Positions 25,641 through 35,990 of a stretch of DNA of 48,402 bases are shown piece by piece. The translations under genes and the position numbers were made by a program. The notes below the pieces were generated by a model, which was not told the origin of the DNA, did no database searches, and saw only the letters and a program-made list of their open reading frames with translations. The DNA lies in IMG/VR virus record IMGVR_UViG_3300045988_077050, positions 1 to 48,402 of that record, one strand, 5' to 3'. Numbering within the stretch: position 1 is the first letter of the stretch; every line of letters begins with the position of its first letter. The stretch comes from a virus.

Positions 25641-25851
25641 AGTACAGACAGTATTGTATGTGTCGAAGCGGTATAATCAGTTGCCAAGTGCGGTAATGCA
25701 CATAGAGGATGATTATACCGCTTTTTGCTTTGATGAAGCTTGTGCGGAGATTATCGCAAGAATCGAAGCAGGAGAAGAACCTGTATGGGAAGAAACAAAA
25801 CAAGAACAAAAGAATTATAGTAAGTTTAGTGATTTGTATAAAAAGTATTAA
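25561..25851 (+). CDS. tail assembly chaperone frameshift extension (T-like), open in the +1 frame relative to 25233..25640
   Basis: The alternative frame is open from 25561 (stop at 25558-60) and overlaps the last 80 nt of the G-like ORF. Confidence 0.45.
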   Translation, partial: QTHSCYLFTTIPNMESLPCLPFVKSSKVQTVLYVSKRYNQLPSAVMHIEDDYTAFCFDEACAEIIARIEAGEEPVWEETKQEQKNYSKFSDLYKKY

Positions 25852-25879
25852 ATAAAAAATAGAAAGGAGGAATAAAACA

Positions 25880-28800
25880 ATGAGTGTAAACATGGGAAGT
25901 GCAGTAGCTTATCTGGAATTAGACACAAGCAAGTTTACACAAGGGTTTCGTAAAGCAGGAAATGAATTAAAAGTGTTTGCGGATAAAAGTGCGACAACAG
26001 AACAAAAATTGAATGGTGTGTCGAATACCATGATGGCAGTCGGTAGCGTTCTGACAAAAAGTGTGACAGTTCCCCTTGTTGGTGTTGGTGCGTTAGCAGT
26101 TAAGACAGCGGCAGATTTTGAAAGCGGTATGTCTGAGGTTAAGGCTATATCTGGTGCAACAGGAGAAGAACTAAAAGCGTTAGAGAACAAAGCAATTGAA
26201 ATGGGAGCGAAAACAAAGTTTTCTGCAAGCGATTCTGCCGAAGCATTTAAGTACATGGCAATGGCAGGGTGGGACGCTTCTGCTATGATGGATGGTATTG
26301 CAGGAGTCATGGATTTAGCGGCGGCTTCTGGAGAAGATTTAGCCACAACTTCTGACATTGTTACAGACGCATTAACAGCATTTGGATTGCAAGCAAAAGA
26401 TTCTGCACATTTTGCAGATGTACTCGCACAGGCAAGTTCTAAATCAAACACAAATGTAGGATTGATGGGCGAAACATTTAAATATGTTGCACCAGTAGCA
26501 GGAGCGTTAGGCTATAGCGTAGAAGATACTGCAATTGCTATTGGATTGATGGCGAACAATGGAATTAAAGGAAGTCAAGCAGGTACGGCATTACGTTCTA
26601 CCATAACAAGATTAGCGAAACCTGTTGGAGAAGCAGAAAAAGCGGTAAATGATTTAGGAATCAGTATCACAAATGCGGATGGAACAATGAAACCGTTGAG
26701 CCAAACAATGGTTGATTTGAGAGAAAAATTTGCAGGGTTAACAGAAGAACAAAAAGCACAGTATGCGGCTATGATAGCAGGACAAGAGGGAATGTCTGGG
26801 CTTTTGGCAATTGTTAATTCGAGCGAAGCTGATTTTAACAAATTGACACATGAGATAAACAATTCAAGTGGTGCGGCAGAAGATATGGCAGAGGTGATGA
26901 TGGATAACACAAAAGGTGCAGTTGAGCAATTAACTGGTGCATTGGAATCAGCAGGAATTGTTGTAGGAAAACAATTAACACCGTATATTAGAAAAGCCGC
27001 AGAGATTATAACAAAACTTGTTGACAACTTTAATGATTTGTCAGAAGAAGAACAAAAGAACATAACAAAATGGGCGTCACTTGTTGCTGGTATTCCTCCT
27101 TTTTTGATGGTAGGCTCTAGGGTGTTGAAACTAGGCACAAGTCTTGTCGGAGGGTTTAAAAGTATCACTGCCGCTATAAGTGCGTATCAAGCGGCAAGTG
27201 CATTGGCAAGTATTGGTATGGAAAGTACCGCAGTTAAAATGTCAAAGTTATATAGTATGTCAAGTATGTTACAAGGAAAATATGTTTCTTTCGCACACCC
27301 TATAGGAATTGCAGTAACAGCAGTAGGAGCATTGGCGGCAGGAATGGTAGCGGCAGAGGTTGCAGAACAGGCACAGATAGAAAAGCTCTCAGAACTCTCT
27401 GGAAAAGAAGGAGAACTTGCAAAAGAGATTCAAAACATGAGTGAAAGTTACGAATCTATGATTGAAAAAAGAAAAGAAAATTTAAGTGGTATTAGTGAAG
27501 AAGCAACAACAAACCAGTCTCTTGCAAATGAACTAAAATCTATTGTTGATGAAAATGGAAAGGTAACAAAAGGAAATGAAACAAGAGCAGGAATCATTAC
27601 AGGTTTGTTGTCTGAAGCACTTGGAATTGAAATTGAAATGACGGATGGTGTGATTCAGAATTATGGAGAACTGCAAAATGAGATTGACAAAACAATCGAG
27701 AAACAAAAAGCGTTAGCAATGCAAGAAGCTTTACAGGATGATTATGCCGAAGCAATTACAAATCGAGTAGAAAGCCAGAGAAAGTACAATGAAGCACTTG
27801 AAACACAACAAAAATGGAGCAATAAAGTACAGTCCATAGAGGATGAGATTGCAAGGAAACAAAATGGAGAATGGAAAGAAGCACAAGAAAAATATGGTAT
27901 TGAGGGAACATATGCAGTAAGACATATGCAGGAAGAGTTGAGCAGAGAGTTGGAGATTGCGAAAGGCAAATATGAAAATGCTTCCGAAGCAGTAGAAAAG
28001 GCAGAGGACGCATATGTCGGTTATAATGAAACCGTGAAAAACTATGAGGGTTTAACGAAAGCAATTGCAGAGAATGACGCAGAGGGTATAAGGTTAGCAA
28101 TGCTAAAAGTAGAACAAGCCTTTTTGACAGCAGGAGATTCCACTGTTGAAGCGTTGACAGAACAGCGTGACAATTTGAAAGAACAACTTGAAAATATGAA
28201 ACAAGAAATGGCAGATGGAAATACTCAGATTACGCAACAAATGGTTGACGATATGTCCTCTTTGGTGGAACAATCAGAAACAGAGTTACAGAATGGAATC
28301 GAGCAACAGAAAAATTTGATTGTTTCAGAGTTTGGAAAACTAGGGATTGAGTTGCCGGAAGAACTTGCTAATGCAATTATGGAGACAGAGCCAGAAGTAC
28401 AACAAACAGTGATTGCAATGTTACAACGTTTAAAGGATGGAACAGCTTTAAAAAAAGATGAAATCAAAACAATATTTAAAGCTATAGGGTATGAAGCACC
28501 ACAAGAGTTAGTCACACAATTGTCGGAACTTTCTCCACAGGTACAAGCACAAGCTATTAATTTATTAACACAACTGCAAACCGCAGAGAGTTCTAAAAGA
28601 CCAGAGATTTTACAACAATTAAATGATTTAGGCATTAAGATGGATGACAATTTGATTAGTGGTTTAGATTCCAAAAAAGGAGAAGTCGAGAATAAAGGTA
28701 AAGAGGTAGGGAAAAAGGGAAACCAAGGAATATCAAAAGAAGTTGGTGTATCTGTCAATGCTCCAAAAGTAAAAGATGTTTCAAACGCTGACGAGGTTGG

Positions 28801-29122
28801 AAGAAGAGCAAGAGCCGCTATTGCTTCACACTTTACCACAGCTATAGGGGTAAAGATTAAAGCAACAATCGACAATGTAAAAGCAAACATTAGTGGTAGT
28901 CATGCAAATGGTTTAGACTATGTTCCGTATAACGGATATATTGCAGAACTACATGAGGGAGAAAGGGTATTGACAAAACAAGAGAACATGCTATATAATA
29001 AAGGTAGGTCATTAAACGGGCAAAGTGGTGATACATTTAATTTTTACAACGTACAGCCAAGTCCTTATGAATATGCGAGACAAATGAAGAAAGCAAAAAG
29101 GGAATTGTTTTACGGGTTTTAA
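25880..29122 (+). CDS. tape measure protein
   Basis: 1080 aa. The TP901-type N-terminal region (AADFESGMSEVKAISGATGEEL...AFKYMAMAGWDA...DIVTDALTAFGL), hydrophobic segments and a long coiled coil. Confidence 0.9.
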   Translation: MSVNMGSAVAYLELDTSKFTQGFRKAGNELKVFADKSATTEQKLNGVSNTMMAVGSVLTKSVTVPLVGVGALAVKTAADFESGMSEVKAISGATGEELKALENKAIEMGAKTKFSASDSAEAFKYMAMAGWDASAMMDGIAGVMDLAAASGEDLATTSDIVTDALTAFGLQAKDSAHFADVLAQASSKSNTNVGLMGETFKYVAPVAGALGYSVEDTAIAIGLMANNGIKGSQAGTALRSTITRLAKPVGEAEKAVNDLGISITNADGTMKPLSQTMVDLREKFAGLTEEQKAQYAAMIAGQEGMSGLLAIVNSSEADFNKLTHEINNSSGAAEDMAEVMMDNTKGAVEQLTGALESAGIVVGKQLTPYIRKAAEIITKLVDNFNDLSEEEQKNITKWASLVAGIPPFLMVGSRVLKLGTSLVGGFKSITAAISAYQAASALASIGMESTAVKMSKLYSMSSMLQGKYVSFAHPIGIAVTAVGALAAGMVAAEVAEQAQIEKLSELSGKEGELAKEIQNMSESYESMIEKRKENLSGISEEATTNQSLANELKSIVDENGKVTKGNETRAGIITGLLSEALGIEIEMTDGVIQNYGELQNEIDKTIEKQKALAMQEALQDDYAEAITNRVESQRKYNEALETQQKWSNKVQSIEDEIARKQNGEWKEAQEKYGIEGTYAVRHMQEELSRELEIAKGKYENASEAVEKAEDAYVGYNETVKNYEGLTKAIAENDAEGIRLAMLKVEQAFLTAGDSTVEALTEQRDNLKEQLENMKQEMADGNTQITQQMVDDMSSLVEQSETELQNGIEQQKNLIVSEFGKLGIELPEELANAIMETEPEVQQTVIAMLQRLKDGTALKKDEIKTIFKAIGYEAPQELVTQLSELSPQVQAQAINLLTQLQTAESSKRPEILQQLNDLGIKMDDNLISGLDSKKGEVENKGKEVGKKGNQGISKEVGVSVNAPKVKDVSNADEVGRRARAAIASHFTTAIGVKIKATIDNVKANISGSHANGLDYVPYNGYIAELHEGERVLTKQENMLYNKGRSLNGQSGDTFNFYNVQPSPYEYARQMKKAKRELFYGF

Positions 29123-29152
29123 ACAAAACAAAGCAGAAAGGAGGTGTGTCTG

Positions 29153-30094
29153 TTGATAGAACGGTTAAAGATAAGCAACATTGTAACAAACAAAAGTATT
29201 GAGTTGTCGAAAGAGGGAGGTAATTATATATTAGATTCTATTGATTGGGGCTTTCCAACCGTAACAAAACAATCTTTCCGCGTTCCGTATCAGATTGGAG
29301 AAACACAGACAGGTGTTATTATTGGAACACGAAAACCAGTAATCATTGGATATGTTATTGCAGACATCAGTCAACCTGTCGGAATATCTTTGGATGATTA
29401 TTACAAAAAACAACTTGAAATCATTGAGCGGAAAAAGGGAGAATTGAATAAATTATTCTCGGTGTTCCAAGAAGTTGTGTTGGAGGTACAGGGAGGATAT
29501 TTTTTAAAAGCAGTTTCAACACAGCCTGTGTCGTATTCAAGTATGGAGAATGAAAATAATGAAGTCCTTTGTTTATTCCAAATTGAGTTGGAAAGTTATC
29601 AGCCGTTGTTTTACAAGGGAGAAAAAAAAGTAAGTCTTGCGGTGATAACAGGAAAATTTCATTTTCCTTTGATTATTCCAGAAGAAGGAATGATTTTCGG
29701 AGAGATTAAAAGAAGACAGGCAATTATGATTGAAAATGCAGGGGATTCAGAAGTTGGTTGTGTTATCGAAATTGTGGCTAATGGTGGAACGGTAAGAAAT
29801 CCAAAAATATATAATGTTGCAACAGGAGATTTTATTGAGCTTGAAAATGTTGAGTTGCAGAATGGAGATTATATTACAATCACAACAGAGACACAGGAGG
29901 AAAATGTGATAAAACATGAAATTGAGACAGGAGAAGAAATCTCGTTAGTTGGGAATATAAAAGAGGGTAGCAAGTTCATCCAGATTCTACAAGGGAACAA
30001 CTTTTATGCTTATTCTGTGGAACAGCAGTATATGAATAATATTGAAGTGAGTATAAGGTTTACAGAGAAGTTTTTTAATTTTGAAGCCATGTAG
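29153..30094 (+). CDS. distal tail protein (Dit-like)
   Basis: First gene after the tape measure gene. TTG 29153 lies 8 nt after GGAGG; the GTG at 29144 overlaps the RBS. Confidence 0.5.
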   Translation: MIERLKISNIVTNKSIELSKEGGNYILDSIDWGFPTVTKQSFRVPYQIGETQTGVIIGTRKPVIIGYVIADISQPVGISLDDYYKKQLEIIERKKGELNKLFSVFQEVVLEVQGGYFLKAVSTQPVSYSSMENENNEVLCLFQIELESYQPLFYKGEKKVSLAVITGKFHFPLIIPEEGMIFGEIKRRQAIMIENAGDSEVGCVIEIVANGGTVRNPKIYNVATGDFIELENVELQNGDYITITTETQEENVIKHEIETGEEISLVGNIKEGSKFIQILQGNNFYAYSVEQQYMNNIEVSIRFTEKFFNFEAM

Positions 30095-30113
30095 TGTGTA
30101 AAGAGGTGAAACA

Positions 30114-31649
30114 ATGATAGAAATATTAGACGAGAATTTGAAAAAGGTTGACATTTTAAGAAAATACACATTTGCACAATATTCAGACAGGTTTCGTGAT
30201 GTCGGAACATTTGTGATAAATGTAAGAATCCTAAGAGAGAATCTATATTTGTTGAACAAAAACAAACAATATTATGTTTTGTTTGATGGAAAGGTTTTCG
30301 GAAAAATAGAAAGCGTTAAAAGGAACAGTGACAGCGAATATGAAAAGACGATTGAATTAAGAGGACGCTTAAGTCCTGTCTTGTTTACAGAACGTGTGGT
30401 AACTGGAACACTTAATTTTAAAGGAAACACCGCACAACTTGTTAGGACGCTTGTTGAAAATGAAATTACAAAAGATGTGAACAGTGACCGTTATGTGAAT
30501 ATTAACATAAAGTACGACAATGAGGAATATTTAAACAGTATTTGTAGTAAGGTAGACAAACAAATAACTGGCGGCTATGTTTGGGATGGAATGAAGCCAG
30601 TGTTAGAACAAGATAAGCTAGGTTTATTTTTTGTTCCAAATGTTACAACAGAGCAACTGGTGGAAGAAGAGGTTACAAATATTCCGTCTTGGGATTTTAC
30701 GATAAGTGCAGGAACAGACAGAACAAAAGGAAACAAACAAGGGAACACGCCTGTTGTGTTTTCGCAGAGTTTAAGTAATATAGAAAGGACAGAATATGGT
30801 TTGGATGTATCGAAGTTTCGAAATGTTGCATATGTAGCAGGAGAGGGAGAAGCAGATAAGAGAAAATGGTATGAGATACATTTAAACAGCGAACAAGCGA
30901 ATAAAAACAAAGGTTGGAAAAGAAAAGAGTTGTGGATTGACGCACGAGACATACAAAGTAAAAATAATGATGGAGCTGTTATATCGCAAACAGAATATGA
31001 ACAGTTGATAAAGCAAAGGGCAAATGAAAAGTTTGCTGAAAATACAACTGTAGAAAGTTATTCGGGAACGATTTTTGAAGCAAATAAACAATACACATAT
31101 GGGAGAGACTATAAAATCGGTGATTTTGTTACTATTATAGACAAAGAACTTGGAATAAGCGTTAATGTACAGATTACAGAGGTCATAAAATCATGGCAGG
31201 AGTTTGGAGAGATTATTGACATTGATTTTACTTATGGAGCAATAAATGGGGAGCCAGTAGATAAACTGGAAAACGTGAGTGTAGCCGTAAATCAATTAAC
31301 AAATTCTATATTATATCTGGAAAATGAAGCAAAACATAATAAACTAGATGTTGAAAGACGTCTGGATGAACTCGAAAAAATAAAGATTAAATATATATAT
31401 GTTAAAGCTACAAATTACCCAAAAGGAATTCATAACATTGTCAAACATGGATTAAATTACAATAAAATTCTGGGAGTTGTAGGTAGGATTGGAGATTATA
31501 TAATCAACGTTCCGTTAATGAGTACAAGTGGGGATTATTCGCAGAACTATGGCGTATATGTTAGAGTAAATAGTGAGTGGGTAGTAGGTAGCTTTGGAGG
31601 TGAATGGAACGGGTACGAAATGCTCTTGGGGGTAATTTACATGGAATAG
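30114..31649 (+). CDS. tail-associated protein (Sipho_Gp37 / prophage-tail-like, Tal position)
   Basis: The N-terminus MIEILDENLKKVDILRKYTFAQYSDRFRDVGTFVINV resembles Gp37-like tail proteins. Confidence 0.5.
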   Translation: MIEILDENLKKVDILRKYTFAQYSDRFRDVGTFVINVRILRENLYLLNKNKQYYVLFDGKVFGKIESVKRNSDSEYEKTIELRGRLSPVLFTERVVTGTLNFKGNTAQLVRTLVENEITKDVNSDRYVNINIKYDNEEYLNSICSKVDKQITGGYVWDGMKPVLEQDKLGLFFVPNVTTEQLVEEEVTNIPSWDFTISAGTDRTKGNKQGNTPVVFSQSLSNIERTEYGLDVSKFRNVAYVAGEGEADKRKWYEIHLNSEQANKNKGWKRKELWIDARDIQSKNNDGAVISQTEYEQLIKQRANEKFAENTTVESYSGTIFEANKQYTYGRDYKIGDFVTIIDKELGISVNVQITEVIKSWQEFGEIIDIDFTYGAINGEPVDKLENVSVAVNQLTNSILYLENEAKHNKLDVERRLDELEKIKIKYIYVKATNYPKGIHNIVKHGLNYNKILGVVGRIGDYIINVPLMSTSGDYSQNYGVYVRVNSEWVVGSFGGEWNGYEMLLGVIYME

Positions 31650-31678
31650 TTGACAGAGGAATAAAAGTATGTTATTGT
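31650..31678 (+). promoter_or_regulatory. possible weak promoter
   Basis: TTGACA 31650-55, 17-nt spacer, TGtTATTGT. Confidence 0.35.
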
Positions 31679-31706
31679 TTTAATAAAAAAAGAAAGGAGA
31701 TAAAAC

Positions 31707-32843
31707 ATGGCAGAACAAAGTGGATTTTTTAATGCAATGAATCAATCGGGAATATATGACCGAGTGTATGATTCCTCAGATTTTGCAAACTACTTTTCAA
31801 AGTTTATATCTGATGGGGTGTTTATTAACCCAACAAACCAACTAAAGGTTGTTGAAAGTGAGGGGTTAACAGTAACAATTAGGAAAGGCTCTGCATTTAT
31901 AGAGGGGTATTGGTACACACTAGATGAAGACATGAATATGACAATCTCTCCAAATCCGACAGGGTATGAGACGCAAGTAAAGATATGTTGCACGTTAAAT
32001 CGGTCAGAGAGAAAGATATCGGTAACAAAAGAAGAGAGTGCAACAAACTTAAAACCTGTAAATGATGAAGTGAAACACGAGTTAGTGTTAGCAACAATAT
32101 CTCTAGGAGTTAGTGCTTCGACAATAACAGATTCTGTGATTACAGACCGCAGACCAGATGATTCTTATTGTGGATTCGTAAAAGGAGTTGTTGAACAAAT
32201 AGAGACAGAGGAATTATTTTTGCAATTTTCAGATTCGTTTGAAGAATGGTTCGATACAGTAAAAGGACAGTTAAGTGGTGACATAGCCGGAAAGTTACAA
32301 CAACAGATAAATGGGTTGGCAGGAGATGCGTCGCAATTGAGTAAACAAATTATAGACGTGAAAGAATGGAAAGTGTTAAAAGGTTTACAAGACAAAACAA
32401 ATTATGGCTTTCCAAATGTAAAAACGTTGCACCATGCAAATGCAGTTCTGTATAACAAAGAAATGAATGCTTTTAACTTTTTTATACAGATTCTTTCCGA
32501 AGCTTCTTCACCAATGAATAAACCAATTGGTGCATATAAAATTTTGAATCTAAAGAAATTAGTGACATCAACAATGAGTGACGTGAGCAATATTTCGTAT
32601 TCGCATGAATTAACAAAGTTACAAGATTCGTCTGGAAATCCAACTGGAGATGATTGCATAGCGATAGGTTTTTGCATAGGTACGTGTACTAAAAACGAAC
32701 AATATCCTGTATATGTTGGGAGAGCGACACAATTTGATTTGTATTACAACGTGGTAGATGGATATTTATATTGCTTTATACCAGACCCGAATTGGTGGGG
32801 TACATCCGTGATTATAAATATAACTGGAACATTTATTTTTTAA
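31707..32843 (+). CDS. tail fiber / receptor-binding protein candidate
   Basis: The N-terminal GFFNA...YDRVYDSSDFANYFSKFISDGVF...IRKGSAFIEGYWY pattern is common in Firmicute prophage fiber/baseplate proteins. Last gene of the tail module. Confidence 0.5.
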   Translation: MAEQSGFFNAMNQSGIYDRVYDSSDFANYFSKFISDGVFINPTNQLKVVESEGLTVTIRKGSAFIEGYWYTLDEDMNMTISPNPTGYETQVKICCTLNRSERKISVTKEESATNLKPVNDEVKHELVLATISLGVSASTITDSVITDRRPDDSYCGFVKGVVEQIETEELFLQFSDSFEEWFDTVKGQLSGDIAGKLQQQINGLAGDASQLSKQIIDVKEWKVLKGLQDKTNYGFPNVKTLHHANAVLYNKEMNAFNFFIQILSEASSPMNKPIGAYKILNLKKLVTSTMSDVSNISYSHELTKLQDSSGNPTGDDCIAIGFCIGTCTKNEQYPVYVGRATQFDLYYNVVDGYLYCFIPDPNWWGTSVIINITGTFIF

Positions 32844-32851
32844 AATGTAAC

Positions 32852-32882
32852 AAAAAGGAGTGCAAAAGCACTCCTTTTTTTG
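32852..32882 (+). terminator. strong rho-independent terminator ending the morphogenesis module
   Basis: ggagtgc / gcactcc with an aaaa loop, then T8; A-tract upstream. Confidence 0.85.
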
Positions 32883-32999
32883 TTTGTGTCTTTTAAATAT
32901 ACAATCTGTATACTTTCTTTATACTTCATTTAAAAATCACAAGATATAATATAAATGTAAGATAAAAAAATAAATAAAAACAAAACAGGAGGGAGAACA

Positions 33000-33485
33000 G
33001 TGTACGGAAATTATAACGGTGGGTATGGGGTTAGTCCGTATCAACAGCAGTTAGCACAGCAGAGAATGAGCCAGATAGAACAGCAATATAATGTGGGTGC
33101 ATATCCACAAAACAACTATCAAATGCAAAGCAATCAGATGGGAACGTTGCAAACTTTAAAAGGTAGACCAGTATCAAGTTTTGATGAAGCAAAAGCAAGT
33201 ATGATAGACCTTGATGGAAGTTTGTACGTTTTCACTGATTTGTCAAATAATTGCATTTACACGAAACAAATATTGTTAGATGGTTCAGCAGAATTAAAAA
33301 CTTATGTGTTGCAGGAACAAAAACAAAAAGAAGTCGAAACAAAACAAACAGAAGAAAAAAGCGTTACATACGTTTTAAAGAAAGATTTTGATAAGACAGT
33401 TAGAGAACTAAAGAAACAAATTGAAGTGTTGAAAGGGGAAGTATCTTATGATTCCAAAAATGATGAACCAAATGCTAAAAAATAA
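33000..33485 (+). CDS. cassette protein A: Q/N/Y-rich N-terminus, globular core, K/E coiled coil
   Basis: GTG start 7 nt after GGAGG. MYGNYNGGYGVSPYQQQLAQQ..., then GRPVSSFDEAKASMIDLDGSLYVFTD. Confidence 0.6.
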   Translation: MYGNYNGGYGVSPYQQQLAQQRMSQIEQQYNVGAYPQNNYQMQSNQMGTLQTLKGRPVSSFDEAKASMIDLDGSLYVFTDLSNNCIYTKQILLDGSAELKTYVLQEQKQKEVETKQTEEKSVTYVLKKDFDKTVRELKKQIEVLKGEVSYDSKNDEPNAKK

Positions 33486-33648
33486 TCCATTATTCCAGAG
33501 AGCAACTCAGATGGCACAAGGAAAGTCGGAGCAGGAATTAAAACAAATTGCGAGTAATTTGTGCAAACAAAGAGGAATAAACATGGATGAAGCATATAGA
33601 CAATTTGAACAACAGTTTTCCGTTATGATTGGGAGACAAAACAATTAA
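33448..33648 (+). CDS. cassette protein B: small helical protein
   Basis: 66 aa; overlaps the end of A; no motif recognised. Confidence 0.45.
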   Translation: MIPKMMNQMLKNNPLFQRATQMAQGKSEQELKQIASNLCKQRGINMDEAYRQFEQQFSVMIGRQNN

Positions 33649-33700
33649 GGTATAAGCCTAAATGGTTTATATAAATAAAAATTTAAAGGAGGTACATACT

Positions 33701-34492
33701 ATGGGTATGGACGGAAATGGTTTAAGTGTTGCAGATGCTCTCGCATTACAGAGAGATGGAAACGGTGACGGAATGTTCGGAGACGGAGGTTATTGGATTT
33801 TCTTTCTGTTTTTCCTCTTAGCGTGGGGCAATAACGGATGGGGAAATGGATTCGGTAGCGGTTCTGGTGGAACACAGGGAGCAGGATTCCAAGGATGGGC
33901 TACAAGAGCAGACATCAATGAAGGATTTGCGTTGAACAATCTCCAGAGTGGAATCAATTCCTTACAGCAGGGAATTTGTGATAGCACTTATGCTCTGACA
34001 AATGCAATCACAAATGGCTTTAACAACACAAACATGGGCGTTATGCAGGGCTTTAATGGTGTAGAAAGAAGCATGTGCAATATGTCCGCACAGCTTGCTA
34101 ATTGTTGTTGCGAAACAAGAGAGGCTATCCAAGGCGTAAATTACAATATGGCAAAGAACACTTGTGATTTACAGAACACAATGAACAACAATACAAGAGA
34201 TATTCTTGAGAGCCAGAACGCAGGAACAAGAGCAATTCTTGACTACCTTTGCCAAGACAAGATTTCTACACTACAGGCAGAGAACCAGAGTCTTAGACTT
34301 GCGGCTTCACAGGCAGACCAGAACGCAGTTCTTAGAGCGGCTATGGATGCTAACACAGCAGAAATTATTAGACGTACTGGAAATGACTGTCCAGTTCCTG
34401 CTTACGTTGTTCCGAACCCAAATTGCTGTTATGGCAATCCAGTAGGAGTCAGCTACAATGGATATGGGAATAACTGTGGATGTGGTTGTTAG
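33701..34492 (+). CDS. cassette protein C: single-pass membrane protein, Gly/Asn-rich juxtamembrane region, Cys-rich ectodomain and CGCGC terminus
   Basis: GGAGG RBS; TM GGYWIFFLFFLLAW; GNNGWGNGFGSGSGG; CCCETRE; ends NCCYGNPVGVSYNGYGNNCGCGC. C-ending codon preference like the capsid gene. Confidence 0.65.
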   Translation: MGMDGNGLSVADALALQRDGNGDGMFGDGGYWIFFLFFLLAWGNNGWGNGFGSGSGGTQGAGFQGWATRADINEGFALNNLQSGINSLQQGICDSTYALTNAITNGFNNTNMGVMQGFNGVERSMCNMSAQLANCCCETREAIQGVNYNMAKNTCDLQNTMNNNTRDILESQNAGTRAILDYLCQDKISTLQAENQSLRLAASQADQNAVLRAAMDANTAEIIRRTGNDCPVPAYVVPNPNCCYGNPVGVSYNGYGNNCGCGC

Positions 34493-34514
34493 TTCCGCTA
34501 AATGCGTGAGGGTT

Positions 34515-34540
34515 GGGCGGTCATAGTACCGCCCTTTTTA
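34515..34540 (+). terminator. rho-independent terminator inside the cassette (after C)
   Basis: gggcggt / accgccc, then TTTTT. Confidence 0.8.
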
Positions 34541-34566
34541 TTAAATAAAAAAAGGAGGTAAAACAA

Positions 34567-34962
34567 ATGCCATGTAGATTATACAATAACAATGGGTTTG
34601 GATGTGGAGGATGTGAACATTTTGTTCGGACAAACAGCGTAACATTGGTAGATTCTGTTCTTGTTTTAAACATTCCGCAGAAAACATACAGTAACAAAGA
34701 AAAGGTGTGTATTTGTGTTGCACAGGCAATTCCAGAGGTAACGTCAGAACAAACAGTTGCCATTACGATTGGAACAGAAGCAACACAGTATCCGTTAAGA
34801 ACAAAGTGCGGAAATAATGTTCATGCCGACCAGATAAGGAATCGGAGAGTATATCATACAAACGTAGCAACAGACACAGGAACATTTGTGATTTCTTCTT
34901 GCGAGTTGTGCAAAACATCTTTTAATTTTCCGGTAGTTCCAACAGCACCGGCAACAGTGTAA
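34567..34962 (+). CDS. cassette protein D: Cys-rich beta-rich protein
   Basis: GGAGG RBS; MPCRLYNNNGFGCGGCEHF...CICVAQ...SSCELCK. Confidence 0.6.
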   Translation: MPCRLYNNNGFGCGGCEHFVRTNSVTLVDSVLVLNIPQKTYSNKEKVCICVAQAIPEVTSEQTVAITIGTEATQYPLRTKCGNNVHADQIRNRRVYHTNVATDTGTFVISSCELCKTSFNFPVVPTAPATV

Positions 34963-34964
34963 TT

Positions 34965-35174
34965 ATGGGAGAAGAAAAAAGATGGAATCTTTTGGATGCT
35001 ATGACGTTTGTAGGTTTTTTCTTGGGAGTTGCGAACTATGGTGAGAACATATCGCAGAGCGATTTACAAGAAACAATGGGAAATGTGCTGAAGGATGTAC
35101 ATAGACATTTAGAAGAACAAGACAAAAAGTTAAATGACATTTTGGAAATGTTAAACGAATCAAGGGAGGGCTAA
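34965..35174 (+). CDS. cassette protein E: small N-terminal-TM protein with a coiled coil
   Basis: LLDAMTFVGFFLGVANY, then a charged helix. Same architecture as the BhlA-like gene at 15574. Confidence 0.5.
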   Translation: MGEEKRWNLLDAMTFVGFFLGVANYGENISQSDLQETMGNVLKDVHRHLEEQDKKLNDILEMLNESREG

Positions 35175-35177
35175 AGC

Positions 35178-35984
35178 ATGAACGATTATGATATGCAGGA
35201 ACAAAGCAGACGAAATGATAATGGAGAAGATTATGACAGAAGAACAAGAAACACAATGGACATGAGAATGGGAACGGATTCTATGCAGGGAAGTATGAAC
35301 ATTGGAAATATTAAAACAAACAATAGTGAAAGAGCAAGAATGGTGGAAGATGTTTATTTGAAACTTGACGAAAGAATGTGTAAGGCTTTAAATTTCCATG
35401 AACAGTTAGCAGATTATTTTTGTTTCCTAGGTTTACAGGGATTTAAACGAATGTGTGAATATCAGTACATGAAAGAATGTGCGGAGAAAAGAAAGGTACA
35501 TAAACGGTATATTGATATTCACCACAAAATTCTTCCTACTGTTGGTTGTACAGGAATGAATATCATACCAAAGGAATGGGAAAGACACACAACACATGAT
35601 ATTGATGATAGTGTGATTCCAAAGTACACAAAAATGGCATTGAAAACTTATTACGAATGGGAAATCGAAACAAAAGAATTGTTCAAGGAACTTTGTAACA
35701 AATTGCTACAGATGGGAGAACATTCTGACTACGAATTTCTGAAAGAACTTGTTCTGGGGGTAGAAAAAGAAATCAAGAAAATCATGCGGTTGTATGAGTC
35801 GTTAAATGGAACAGGGTATGACGTGAACGCTATCCAGAGTGTACAAGATAAATACCATGAAAAGTATAAGAAAAAGTATAATGACAGGTTTACAACAAAG
35901 AACAATTATAGACAGATACCGCCTTATCCGCAATATGGAGAGGACGAGGAAAGAAGAACAAGACGAATTGGATTCGAATATTAG
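35178..35984 (+). CDS. cassette protein F: ferritin-like four-helix-bundle candidate with disordered ends
   Basis: LNFHEQLADYFCFLGLQGFKRMCEYQYMKECAEKRKVHKRY and ALKTYYEWEIETKELFKELCNKLLQMGEHSDYEFLKELV resemble the ferritin helix pairs, but the canonical ExxH ligands are not evident. Confidence 0.5.
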   Translation: MNDYDMQEQSRRNDNGEDYDRRTRNTMDMRMGTDSMQGSMNIGNIKTNNSERARMVEDVYLKLDERMCKALNFHEQLADYFCFLGLQGFKRMCEYQYMKECAEKRKVHKRYIDIHHKILPTVGCTGMNIIPKEWERHTTHDIDDSVIPKYTKMALKTYYEWEIETKELFKELCNKLLQMGEHSDYEFLKELVLGVEKEIKKIMRLYESLNGTGYDVNAIQSVQDKYHEKYKKKYNDRFTTKNNYRQIPPYPQYGEDEERRTRRIGFEY

Positions 35985-35990
35985 AACATA

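Noticed and set aside
25909-28890. Long minus-strand ORFs antisense to the tape measure gene (25909..26451, 26575..27168, 28225..28890), and similar ones antisense to capsid, portal, scaffold and other genes
   Set aside because: They lie entirely inside well-supported + strand genes. They encode low-complexity S/F/L/C-rich sequences typical of the antisense of purine-rich coding DNA, and they have no RBS. I found no credible minus-strand gene anywhere in the window.
34206-34445. Alternative-frame ORFs nested inside strong genes (34206..34445, 1019..1261, 21447..21638, 22189..22419, 38056..38250, 7577..7834)
   Set aside because: They overlap better-supported frames completely and lack ribosome sites. 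Their translations are basic, low-complexity sequences typical of off-frame reading.
33000-35984. Reading the six-gene cassette as a second, conventional lysis module (holin, spanin, lysin)
   Set aside because: It contains no recognisable muralytic domain, and a complete holin and amidase set exists at 15574..17054. I keep a membrane or envelope role as one hypothesis but do not annotate the cassette as lysis genes.
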